This document shows positions 37,746 through 49,547 of a DNA stretch of 64,000 nucleotides, one piece after another. Within the stretch, counting starts at the first letter, position 1. Each line of letters starts with the position of its first letter. A model generated the notes under the pieces. The model made no database searches. It saw only the letters and a list, made by a program, of their open reading frames with translations, and was not told the DNA's origin. A program made the position numbers and the translations under genes. Origin of the DNA: Lytechinus pictus (lineage: Eukaryota); NCBI RefSeq assembly GCF_037042905.1, contig NC_087245.1, forward strand, positions 9,550,001-9,614,000. Reading direction: 5' to 3'.

Positions 37746-38205
37746 ATGGTGGTCCCTAAGTCTGCGCACCTAACGATTTGAGTTAAGATTTAACATGAAT
37801 TTCTTGTTATTTCACAAAATCTTTCAGTTAATAATGTTCCTCATATCATTATGAGTAAGTGTACCAAATATCTCATAAAAATTTGAAAGAAATATAGGAT
37901 TTTCTTGGAAAAAACCTTGGGCAGTCATTTTCACATTGAAAAAAAAAATGGTATCCCATGTCTGCGCACCCATTTGCTTTGCACACGATTCAGGTATTTT
38001 GATGAGAAAGGCTGCATTTTCAGGTTGTCACATGAAATGCCAAAAATTCATTAATTTTCCACCATTTTGAGATTTTTTAATGAATATCTGTCTATGTGTT
38101 GCATGTGTAAAGTTTGTGCTCATTGCGTATCTTCTTTTACTAGAATCGCGCAGATACGCGTGTGCGCAGACAAGGGGTACTGCGCAGACTTGGAGGAACT
38201 TGCCA
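37746..38205. mobile_element. Degenerate MITE
   Basis: Imperfect inverted ends ..CCCTAAGTCTGCGCAC / GCGCAGACTTGGAGG..; repeated GTCTGCGCA motif. Confidence 0.5.
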
Positions 38206-38445
38206 TAAATTTTTTTTCAAAACGGCATTGCTAATCGGATGCAGGCGCGGATCCAAGGGGGGTCCGAGCCGGTCCCCCTTATTTTTTGGCTACCAAAAAA
38301 AAGTCCTTTTATCTTGAGAGAAACACTGAAAAACAGAAAGAAAAATACGCAGGAGGTATTATTTATACCCATGTTTAATTTACAGCCTCGTAACGGCCGG
38401 CCCGATCTCGACAGGCCGGCCTACTTGCAGTGGCATCGCATGCTG

Positions 38446-38620
38446 CGACAATAAATGAATGACACTTCACTCACAATAGTTGAATAATTGTACCTTAATT
38501 TATTAGGCAGTTCATGTCTTCAACCGCGGCGCCGTCAAGGGGCGAATTACCGTCGTTGCATTAACACTGAAACTACTCCACCACAAGGTGGTGCTATAAC
38601 ACAAACAACAAACATTGGCG
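38446..38620 (-). repeat. 3' LTR
   Basis: Near-identical (about 5 substitutions) to 45779-45953. Confidence 0.9.
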
Positions 38621-38648
38621 TGACCACTTTGTCATTTCCCTTCCCACT

Positions 38649-39533
38649 AGGCGGTGCTGCACCATCCCGAGTTTGCTCAATCTCGAGATTCTAGCCCGAT
38701 CGGCCCACTTCGCGATTAATCTCGAGATTCAAGAAACCCCGTCTGCACCATCGCAAGAAGAGCGATTCCTGCTCGAGCGAGGCAACAAGCCCGATATTAC
38801 GAGCATGCGCACTTTCGGATCTTGGAGTTTCAACGGCCCGCGCTTTTGAATAACTTCCCGCGATATGCAAGCAATGTACTCCTTTCACTAGCACTTTCGC
38901 CGAATTCAACCGGTGTTATGCAACAATCCTCTCAGCTCAGCGAGTGAAGAAGTGATGTATTCTTCGTTAAATATGATGGCGGAGTAGGAGGCAACGACAG
39001 AGAGAGAGAGAGAGAGAGAGGGAGAGAAGGAGGAAAGAAATGCTATTTGCTCACATTTTGCGAAGGAATAAGACAACACTGCTGTCAGTGTTGTTATTGA
39101 ATATGACCATCGTCGATGAGCGCCTCCCCCTTCGGTCTGGTCTCTCCCAAAATCCATTCACTGGTGGGACACCATCGTTGCTTATGAACGCTATTCGCAT
39201 GTATAAAGTTGACTTTCGCACGTGTTTATGTTTTGACCAAGGCGGAAGTGGAACGCGAATTGCATTATCGACTGACGTCATGAATAAATTACCCCGAGTC
39301 CAATCTCGAGTGCGTCTGCACCGACGAATTAGCGGGATAATTCGTAAAATAGCGCGCTATTTTGCAAATAAACCCGAGTTGACTTGGGATTGCAATCTCG
39401 AGATTAATCCTACGAACTAGCGCGATAATTGCGTCTGCACCGCCAACTATCTCGAGATTTTTCAGATCGGGATAATTTGCCGGATCAGAAATAGCGCGCT
39501 AATTTGAAAACTCGGGATGGTGCAGACGGCCCT
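38649..39533. mobile_element. Harbinger/PIF-like MITE in LTR element
   Basis: TIRs ...CTGCACCATCCCGAGTTT / AAACTCGGGATGGTGCAG...; 3-bp TSD ACT. Confidence 0.8.
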
Positions 39534-41435
39534 ACTGTTACAAAAGTATAAGGATTGATAATTACAAATCATTAAAAAAGGAACAAAGTATACAACTTCT
39601 TATTTTATGTGAAAAGATACAATAAGTTACAAAACAATGCAATATCCCTAACAAATATCTATCATCTTTTAAAGGGTATACCTCTTCCGCTTAACATCAA
39701 ATAATGCTTACTAGGAAACAAACTTTCTGATTATTCTTAATACGATTATCAAACCCTTATACTAATGTTGACAACCTACACTTACTAATAAAAATCAAAG
39801 CATCTCATCTTCACCCGTCAGCAAAACTATACTTAATAAACATCACAACTACCTATATGCACCTTCCTAAAAAAATATAACAATACATAAGATTGCATAA
39901 AATGTGCAACATACTGCCAGGGGCACTAAAATACTCTCTTAATTAAAACTATAAAATGTGAAGTCCTACATCACAATACATGTACATCCGTTGCTATCTT
40001 CAACATCTCACTAAAATCAAGCATTCTGAAAAAGGCTGTAACTTGTACCATCAACACCAAATCAAGTGTCATTTCAAATCAGCTAAAAAAAACAAATGTC
40101 ATCCAAACAATAACACTGTCAATGTTAGATCTTTAAAAAAACCAAACAATCAATGTCTTTAAGTGCAATTCATATGTAAAAAAAAAACTAGTCCACTCGT
40201 GCTCATTAACAGGATTAATAACACCATGTAAAGGCAAACCCCAAAACAGCAATACATTTTATACCAAACATTACGCAAACATGCCTGTAGTGCATCCTGC
40301 GAATAAAAAGAATGTTAAAAAAAACATACCTGTTAAACGAAAGCGCGAATACAGGAATGGAAACCATAAACCCCAAACAGGAAAAAAAAAGGATGCATAT
40401 TAATTGCAAACATTACTATTCAAGTCCTATGTCATCTGACCTAAAAACAATAAACTAATTAAATATTATTATATTAAAATGCATTAGTAAAATATTTTTC
40501 TCATCAAACCAAAACACAATTAAAAAATAAGGTAAATGCACTAGTAAACCAATGACTGTATAACCACTTCCTAAATAAACAGGGACATTCTATACGCAAA
40601 ACATACGCAAAGCAATAAATCATTAACTTCACAAACATTAAAATGAACCCTTCCTTGACACTGCTGACACACTGGATACCACATTAGTTATGCAAATCAA
40701 ATTGAAAACAACGTCCCGTAAATAACAATCAAAAGCTCAGGTAAAAGGCATACATATACATCCATAAAAGGTGTTTGGTGAAAATAAACATGTGAAACAC
40801 AGCAAATAATGCAGAAATCTTGACACACATCCTGAAAAAATGATGTTAGACATACCAAACACAAATCAAATAAAATGGATAAGGATAAAATTTACATGTC
40901 ACCTCCCTTCAACATATACTAAATGTAGCACACACACAGCCAGGAAACATCTCAAATGTAAAAACAAACAACACAACTCTGCCAGTCCATGAAGCTAAAT
41001 TAAACGGCATATTGATATTGATTACCTGTGCACATCAAAATATCAGACACAACCAGCTGCGCCACTCAGACGTTTTAATAGGCTAATAAGGGGAAATGTG
41101 CATGGTAAATAGTCTACAGTGTACAAACATACCTTCAAAGAAAAATGTGGCATAAGTATCAGTAAAAAGGAAATAAGACAGAATAAAAACAAGACATCTT
41201 GCATAACATGTAAAGGATAAAAACAAGGACAAAACAAAAACAATCATAATGTACATTTTAAGAAATAACATAATGTATGCAATAAAAATACATCAAACAC
41301 GCAATTAAAAGTATCCATAGTATGCTGCATCATAACAATTCATAAACAAAAGATGTAGAACACCAGCAGTCTGAATAACATTTCAATGCAAGCTCGCGAA
41401 GGTCCAGTTCCCAGAGTCAAAGGGACCATGAAAGT

Positions 41436-44400
41436 CTATTGGTAAATCAGGACAATGTCTGGAGGCCGGCCAGGAGGGCGTCCTACGAACAACCAAAATG
41501 TAGAGAGGCCTGGTCGCTGTTGCGAAGGAGCCTTGCTTGCGGACGACAGTCTACGACCAAGGAGATGAGTCATAAGAACTGCTCCATGGGATGGGATGAG
41601 AGGAACAGTCACGAAAACAAAGGAAGCACAATGTCCATTGCTGACATCTGGTGGGCGACCTGGGGGGTCTATCACCTCTGTGGTGAAGTCATCACGGGTG
41701 GGGCTACTGCGCCCTCCGCGAACATATTGAGGGCGATTTGGTTGGTCCATGTCCTCTATGGTCAGGTCATTACCAGTGGGGTCACAATGCTGGTCAAAAT
41801 GGATCAAGCACTCAACAATGAGCGAGGAAACTCTCTCGACGGGATCAGAATTGAAGGCAGTGTCCAACGAAAACTTGTCCAACAAAAACGTCCGTATGCT
41901 GTAGACATCCGGATTGGCTGAAGAGGTCAACTGGTGTGATGTTAGGTTGGACGCCTATACCAATATCCTCAACGGGACCAGCGGTTGGTAGTTTCACATC
42001 ATAGTGAGGAACAGAGACCAGCTCGGACTGAAGTTGCTGGCATGTAGCTACATCGTTCTGGGTAGTGGTGACTATGGCTGAAAACGAGCTGCCATTTGCT
42101 CTGGTAAAAGCAGTGCCTGATGATGAGGGGTCACAAGAGGGCGTTACGACATAATGCGCGTGTGGTAGTGTTTCAGTACCACCGAGCACGTGCGGAACGA
42201 TGGGAGGTATGCATGGCAATTTGTTGGTGTTATCAAGCATATGCGAGATGATAGAAGGTACACGTGGTAATTTTTCGGTGCCAGCGGACATATGCGGAAC
42301 GATAGAAGACGCACGCAGCAAGTCCTCAGTGCCTACTGACATACACGGAATAGAAGGTACATGAGGCAATTGTTCGTTGCCATCGGATACATTCGAAACA
42401 TGATCATGCGAATTAATATCGTGCACTGACAGCGAAGGATCAGGACCATAAGCGTACGACGGTCCATCACCTATGGCAAGGCTCCACATTAACTTTTTTT
42501 GGTGGTGGCCCGTTCGGGCCACCAAAACCATCAAATAATTTTTTTTGGTGGCCCGATATTAAAGTTTGGTGGCCCGAAAAATATAAGGAAAAACATTAAA
42601 AATGAATAAAACAAACTTCTGAAATATTAATTCTGCAGCCACTACCACTAAGTTACTTTCACTTTATACTTCTTGTATGTAAACCTTGTTTGCTGTTATT
42701 TACTTTGCTAATTGATAATTGTTTCTATCGTTGTAAAAATGAAATGATTGAAAGTGAATAAAATGAATTGTATTGTTCGCAGGTTGTGTGGACTTTTTTT
42801 TAAATCTCTGTATAGAGATAATGGTAAAGTAAATAAATAGTGCATAGCAAACTCAGATAGATGTACAAAACAATGTTTTTTCCTTCCTTCCTCTTTGAAT
42901 CCTAAAACCTAGATTATGCATGCCCCAAATCCAGTTTATTTCTGTTTTCTCTTTTGCAGCATATTATAGAAGGAGAAAATCACAGAAAAATATGCTGCAA
43001 AATTAGAACAATGCATAAAAGGGGGAAACAAACGAAAATAATTTTCAAAAAGTATATAACAAAAATAAAAAAAAATAATAAAAGAAATTAGTGAAATAAA
43101 ACAAAAGAAAGAAAATGAAGAAAGAAAAAAACAAAGAACAGGGGAAAAAAGAAAAAAATTAGAGAGAAAAAAGAAAAGAAAATGAAAGAAAAAGTAATAA
43201 AACAAAGTTAATATAAAAATGGGGAAAAGGGGAAAATTAAGAAGCCATTACATATATTTTTAACAGCTGTGGCAACAGTCTATTCTGACTGGAATATAAT
43301 TAAAAGCCAAGCAAATAATTTTCACTTACCTTTTGGGAATGGCACATTTCTACTTTTATATCCTTTAGTTTGTATTATTTAATTTTCAGTAGAAACATAT
43401 TTTTTAATCAGGCATATTCAATGGGAAGGGGTATAAATGGTTTAACCACTGTCAAAACAAAATTAAAGAAAAAAAAAAGAAAACGGCAAAAAGTATATCT
43501 GGAAAAAGTGTGAGAAAGGTCCTTCCCTATATTTGCCAAAATGTTGGAAAAAAAAATCACATTTCATATCAATGAAATGCCTTCCCAAAGTATTTACTTT
43601 CTCAAGAGTGGTTTAAGAAGTCATTTATAAACAAGAAAGAAATAAACTGTCTGTCTGTTTAAGGCTAGAAAATACACAGCTTCGAAAGAAACCAAGTATC
43701 AACATACATACAAATGCACACGTGGGACTGTGATGTACTTGCCTATGTGTTTTTATGTGTATTAATTCATGTGGAAATCGGTCTTTTTGAGTCAAAAGAG
43801 AGGCCATAATTCCTCTTCTTAATACTTGCAAATAATCAGGGTACACCAGATTTTCGTAATATAGACTGTAGAATTGCATTTCATTGGTGTAAAAGGTGAC
43901 TTTGACTTAGATTTTCAAAGTTCTGTGGAAGATTTCTCAGCAGCAACATTTTTTATCGCAGCTCCCTGAGTCTGAATGGGCTGAGCTAGATCTAGAGCAC
44001 AGCTGTATGCAGTGGCTTCATGCAAAGCTCACGCCAGCCGGCCGGCGCGGCTGGCTGGATAATAGCTACTGTATGCTATAGCTGTAGGCCTAATATGCAA
44101 ACTTTGTGTGTGTGTATTTGTGTGTAGATCAACAAAAAGGGCGCATGACAGGCTTGCAATTTGAGCTGTAGAAAGTTGAAAAATGCGTGCAAAATTGGGA
44201 GAAAAATTGCGCTACTTTGAAAATTATTGGTTGCCCGATTCGGGCCACCAAAACTTAACATTTTTTCAATAATGGTTGCCCGAGGTGAATTTTTGGTGGC
44301 CCCGGGCCACCGGGCCACCGCTAATGTCGAGCCTTGCCTATGGTGATGCTGCGCTTCGCAGGACGGATAGTAATGTCATGCAATTCAATGAACGGAATTC

Positions 44401-45617
44401 CTGCATGTACTTGAATATGTGGCGAGTCTACAACATACGCTTCGAAAAGGAGGTCTTTCCCATTCCTTGTTAAGATTAGACTTGTCGTACCGATAACAGG
44501 AAGACACAAGGACTGGTTAGCATAACCGTAACTCACCGACTGATAAGTGTCACTAGGCCTTACGACACCACCAAGATTCTGAACACTGGAAACACCAATG
44601 AGGTTATGTGCTGAACCGCTTACAAGAGTAACTTGAACACGCTGTTGACCATGGAAAAGATTAATACTTGGAGATGGAGAGGAAAGACTGGCCACTGACG
44701 ACTGTGGCGAATGTGTTGCCTGTACCTGGGAGTTGTACTCAACTGACTCTGATGAGCCACTCATTCCATCGCCGAAAGAATCTCCATGGACTTCATGCGG
44801 TCTGCCTGACTCTGGCAAGACCTCGGCACAACCAAAGTAACAGTCTGCTACACCTGCTCTACCAGGCAAAAGATTTCCACCATATGAAATACGAGAATGA
44901 TCATTACAATACTCATTACTCTCAGATAAATCAGAATCTAAAGCCTCACAATAACCATCATGATAGTCATCACTAACTTCCAATTGATAGACAAACCTTG
45001 CAGTATTCTGGCAGGCATCATGACCATCAACATTGCTTTCAGACTCTTGAGAGAGTGAAAACTACTCTTGTGTTGACTGGGTGGATGACACAAAAGGTGT
45101 TGGAACCAGTGTTTGAGACCCTACGGTCATAAGACTCATCAAAACTACTTGTAGACCTAGTAACGTTCGACCTAATACTAGATCTCGATTTGACGTCTTT
45201 GTTGATGTCATTGGTTAGTTTGTCTTGTTGAATATGTGTTGTAACATGTAATTGTACTGCCCTACTACTACTACTGGCTTTGGCACAGGGTTGATTAGGA
45301 GACCCAGGCTCATCATCAATACAGATGTCAACATCAACTTCATAGTCATACTCATATTCATAATCATCTTTCATTTTCGAATCATTCAAATCAAGATTGT
45401 CACAATCACTCACACTCATATCATTTCCGTTATCCCTGCTGATTTGGATTAATGTGGAATTATCATTATCAGTTTGGTAATGTTGGTGTATATGCTGGGT
45501 ATGGACAAAGTCTCGCTCTTGAGCAAGATAATGGCCTCTCTCTTGGGCATGATACTGGCGGCCGCTCTCTCGGGCCTGGGGAAGGTATCGGTATATGTAC
45601 CGGGGATAAGCCATCAT
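41436..45617 (-). pseudogene. Decayed long ORF of the LTR element (no recognisable Gag/Pol motifs)
   Basis: Four colinear minus-strand ORFs; removing the insertion 42477-44336 and one TSD joins ...KRSITIG to DGPSYAYG... in frame; apparent frameshifts near 45060 and 41900. Confidence 0.6.
42477..44336. mobile_element. P-element-like non-autonomous DNA transposon
   Basis: TIRs CAAGGCTCCACATTA / TAATGTCGAGCCTTG; perfect 7-bp TSD CCTATGG; subterminal GGTGGCCC repeats. Confidence 0.85.
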
Positions 45618-45778
45618 GAAAGGCTATGTGTGGGGATAGCCGTGGCGTGAGAAGACATGATTGACAATGAACTACAACTACCTATCACGAAACATGATGC
45701 TTTTCGACCGAATGAATGCTAGTGTAGCAGTGGCCATCCTATTGTGTGGATAGACAGGGATCGAACCTGCTGCCACCA

Positions 45779-45953
45779 CGACAATAAATGAATGACACTT
45801 CACTCACAATAGTATAATAATTGTACCTTAATTTATTAGGCAGTTCATGTCTTCAACCGCGGCGCTGTCAAGGGGCGAATTACCGTCGTTGCATTAACAC
45901 TGAAACTACTCCACCACAAGGTGGCGCTATAACACAAACAACAAACATTGTCG
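45779..45953 (-). repeat. 5' LTR
   Basis: Near-identical to 38446-38620; adjacent PBS at about 45767-45778. Confidence 0.9.
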
Positions 45954-48900
45954 CTGTTAGTTCACATGTAGGTAAACCACGCTACCGCAACTGCGCGCAT
46001 CAATGAAAGACATTCTCCTGCACACGGGTTTCTTGCACTCTATCAACGGCCGATTAGCTCTGCATAGGAGGATTACCATATAGTGTGCACAAGTAGGCCG
46101 TAAAACAATATGTAAAAAATGCTTAAAATGTCCGGTTTTCAGGCCGATCTCGAGGTCTTATTAATATTAGATCATGAGTTCCTAATAATGAAATTGTCCC
46201 TTTTTCAGAATAGAATATCGATATCGAAAAGTTTCATCTCGCGCTTAGGAAGAGGAATAGGAAAATAGTCATTTTCATATGATGACAAAATGTCCTTACA
46301 ATTTCCCCGCTTGCTTAGTCTAGATTTCTAAACAAAAAATTTTTTTAAATGGCTAGCGCTTCGCGCTCGTATCGTTTGTAGAGTACGATTCATATCCACT
46401 TCAGGTAACAGTTTCATGAGTTCCTAATAATGAAATTGTCCCTTTTTCAGAATAGAATATCGATATCGAAAAGTTTCATCTCGCGCTTAGGAAGAGGAAT
46501 AGGAAAATAGTCAATTTCATATGATGACAAAATTTCCTTACAATTTCCCCGCTTGCTTAGTCTAAATATCTAAATAATAATTTTTACAAAATGGCTCGCG
46601 CTCGCATCGTTTGTGGAGTATGATTTATATCCACTTGACAATCCTACGATGCTTAAAACAGTGCTTAAATTTACCGTTTAGATCGCCATCAATTTTTTCA
46701 GCTTGCGCTTTATTGATTTTCATAGTAAAAGAAATGTATCTAGAATGCCCAAATTCTAGGTCTAAATCTCCAAAACATGCAGTTTGTTCTTCATTCAAAA
46801 CGTGCTTAATTGAATTATCCAGTTTCATATCAGAATAGTGCATATCGCTCGCATTATTAATGTAAGAAGATACCCAATTAGTCATCCTTTTCGTGATTAA
46901 CGAAACATGAATAGTGTGCCCCGTTTTTAGGTGTAAATCTTTTTTTTTTGCTCGCGCTTCGCGCTCGCATGAAATGTTTAGTTATATACCTATCCTGTAA
47001 ATGATTACAAAAAGTGCTTAGAATGTCCAATTTATAGGTCAAAATGTCAACAAATTTTCAGCTCGCGCTTCGCGCTCGCATTATTTGATTATTAAAATAT
47101 ATTGTTTTCATTGGTATAACTGCAAACAGTCCTTACGGTCTGTTTTCCATCAGGCCAGAACGTATATTAACAATTTCTGCTCGCGATTCGCGCTCGCAAT
47201 AATTATTTAGTTACATACACATCGTTCACGATCACAATCATTGCTCGAGAATGTTCAATTTTTTAGGACAAAATATATGTTATTTCCTTTAAAAAATAGC
47301 TCACGCTCGTACTATTTAATTAGGGTTTATATGACATTATTTATTTATGTTTTATGAGAATAAAGCTAAGAAGTGACTGTTAGGACTACCCCTTCAAAAT
47401 AACAAATAAAAATCAACTTTGAGCAGCCGATCAGGGAAAGTATGGGTAAAAAAAAAATTTCGGCCCCCCCCCCCCTATTGGTGAAAGCTGGATCCGCCCC
47501 TGGGATGTACGTCATAACGAAGCGGTTCAAGGGTCAGGTCTATTGTATTTGCTTTGTTGACAAACGGATTGAGGGATCTACACGAGATCGGTCTGGTAAG
47601 AAACGTATCATTTTTACCATTTATAGTGAAATAATTTTTATCCCTTTATACGCATTAGGCGCATGAAGGTTCATAGATAAATAAAATTCACCCCTACAAA
47701 CCGATTTCACCCTCTAACTATGGATTTCCTAGGGAAATCCATCCGGGTGTGTAGGTCACTGCAGCGTCTATGGAAAGAGTGTCAAGGCTCCATGTCTGAA
47801 GAAGTATATGTCAAAATATTAAAAAATATCAGACATGGAGTCCTCAAGGCTAGTTCACACCTCTTTTACTACAGAGGTGTGAACATTAAAAATTGGGGGT
47901 TCATGTGCTTGTACTAATAGTAGGGATGCCACCCCAAAAAATTGAAGTGTTGTAAATCTAGTTTAAAATAGTTTAACTGGAATAAGCTCTGAAACACGAG
48001 TAAAATGACCCCAAGATCATCAAAATTGGACCAGGGGTTGCCGAGATATGGCCAATTCAAATTTTGAAAAAAGGCAGATTTTCTGCAAAAAAGTGGTAAA
48101 AATGGCAAAAATGTGTTTTTATACCCTCGCAAATATGTAAGCATGTAGTTTTCCTAGCGAAATATATACCCTTTTTTCATTATTTTATTGTTATGACACC
48201 CTCATTACATTATGTACGTAACATGCCCTATCTTTAAAAAGATATATTTTTACGTGTTTTGTTTGGTCATGCATGTTATCCACTCGTCAATGGAAGTGCC
48301 CCCCCCCCCCCTGGGAAGTGGTCATGCACGACAGAGAGAGACTCGAGTCCCAAGACTCCCAACTTATTTTTTTAATTATTTACATACATGCAGACCCTAG
48401 TCTAGTTCAAACTTTTATTAGATGTACACTTGCAAGTCCAGTAAATGTTTTCATCCCAGGATAGCTTAGAAGCTGCTGAAAGGGATTACACTTCAAGGTT
48501 CGAGGTAGCGGTGGGGGGGGGGGGGGTGCATTGGATGCGTAATTGTTTTCTCAATATTTATCTAATATATTTATTCACTTTTATTTTGTTAAAAACCATT
48601 AATACATTTAATTTGTCTTTTACGGTAATCCCTGTTTGTATTGATCAGTCTGTAGACTTTTAACTAGGAAGTTTGCAATGAACTCAAATGAAATTGAAAA
48701 TGAATGAATAAATATGTGAATGGCCCTCCTGAATAGCGATATTTGCCAATAATTTGGCATGTCTGACTTCTAATGCCCAACCAGGATTGAATGAAATTGA
48801 ATATTGCTTGTAAACTGTTTTACTTGTCTGGAGTCAGGACTCACAACACACCTTCATCTGCGCGCAGTACTGCATATAACGATGTGCTCAAAACTGTGAT

Positions 48901-49231
48901 TTGCTTGATCTAAAAGATTAGCTGGCAAAGGTCTGTACATGTATACTTTGTGCAATGTTTGCAAACCAAATTACCGTCATGTATTTTAATAGGCAGGAAT
49001 AACCATCATTTCTAGGGATACATTTAAGCATTTCTTACATTTTACTATCAATAGTGAGTGGAGCCAACGTAGTTCAGCAGAACAAAGACTGTACAGAGAC
49101 TGAAGCTGTTGGTCTAGTATTTTAATTACTCAATCTGTTTGATATTTCACTTACATTTGACTTTTGCAACTGTTCATTTTCTTATTTTCTTGCTGTTTTA
49201 GCATCCCAAAGTTTGCTTTTGACCATACCAC

Positions 49232-49547
49232 ATGGCTGCCTTTACCAGGCTGCAGACTATCTTGAGGATATTTGCTGGTAGGAATACTACCTATTCATCA
49301 CCATGTCAACCAAGCTGCATCCTCCCTAGAGTAGCATCCTCCAGATACAACAGTACTGAAGCCAATAATCCTACATTGAGTGTACATCCACAGACCAGCT
49401 TATGTGATGAGGCTGTCGACATCAAGGCAAGTGGGTTATCACCAGGACAACTAGTCACTTTAAAAACTCAAGTCTACACAGAGAATGGAAAATATAGATT
49501 TGAATCAAAGGCTCAATACAAAGCTGATACAGAAGGAGAAGTAAGAG
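49232..49547 (+). CDS. ACOT/BAAT-like first coding exon with putative mitochondrial presequence
   Basis: Acceptor TTTTAG ends at 49201, ATG 49232; the only phase-1 donor is G|GTGTGT at 49547/49548, giving EGEVRVQKDPSLGGS, colinear with the ACOT family. Confidence 0.85.

Larger units (their letters stand above)
38446..45953 (-). mobile_element. Non-autonomous LTR retrotransposon with CG...CG termini and 3-bp TSD (Troyka-like)
   Basis: 175-bp direct repeats 38446-38620 and 45779-45953; termini CGACAAT...ATTGTCG; TSD CTG; PBS TGGTGGCAGC (tRNA-Leu-like) directly after the 5' LTR on the minus strand; purine tract AGTGGGAAGGGAAA before the 3' LTR; AATAAA in LTR. Confidence 0.88.
38242..47502. mobile_element. 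hAT-like non-autonomous element with 5-bp TSD, hosting the LTR element
   Basis: TIRs CAGGCGCGGATCCA / TGGATCCGCCCCTG; TSD GGATG at 38237-38241 and 47503-47507; splits the right TIR of the outer MITE; internal GCTCGCGCTTCGCGCTCGC repeats. Confidence 0.8.
37421..47660. mobile_element. Long-TIR MITE (outermost element of the nest)
   Basis: About 155-180-bp TIRs starting GCCTAATGCGTATAAAGGG; imperfect 7-bp flank repeat GAATGAA/GCATGAA; central AT hairpin 37630-37709. Confidence 0.82.

Noticed and set aside
38446..38635. Plus-strand orientation of the LTR element with PBS TGGCGTGACC
   Set aside because: ORFs, AATAAA position, tRNA-Leu PBS and purine tract all agree with the minus strand; TGGCG is the mutated LTR end.
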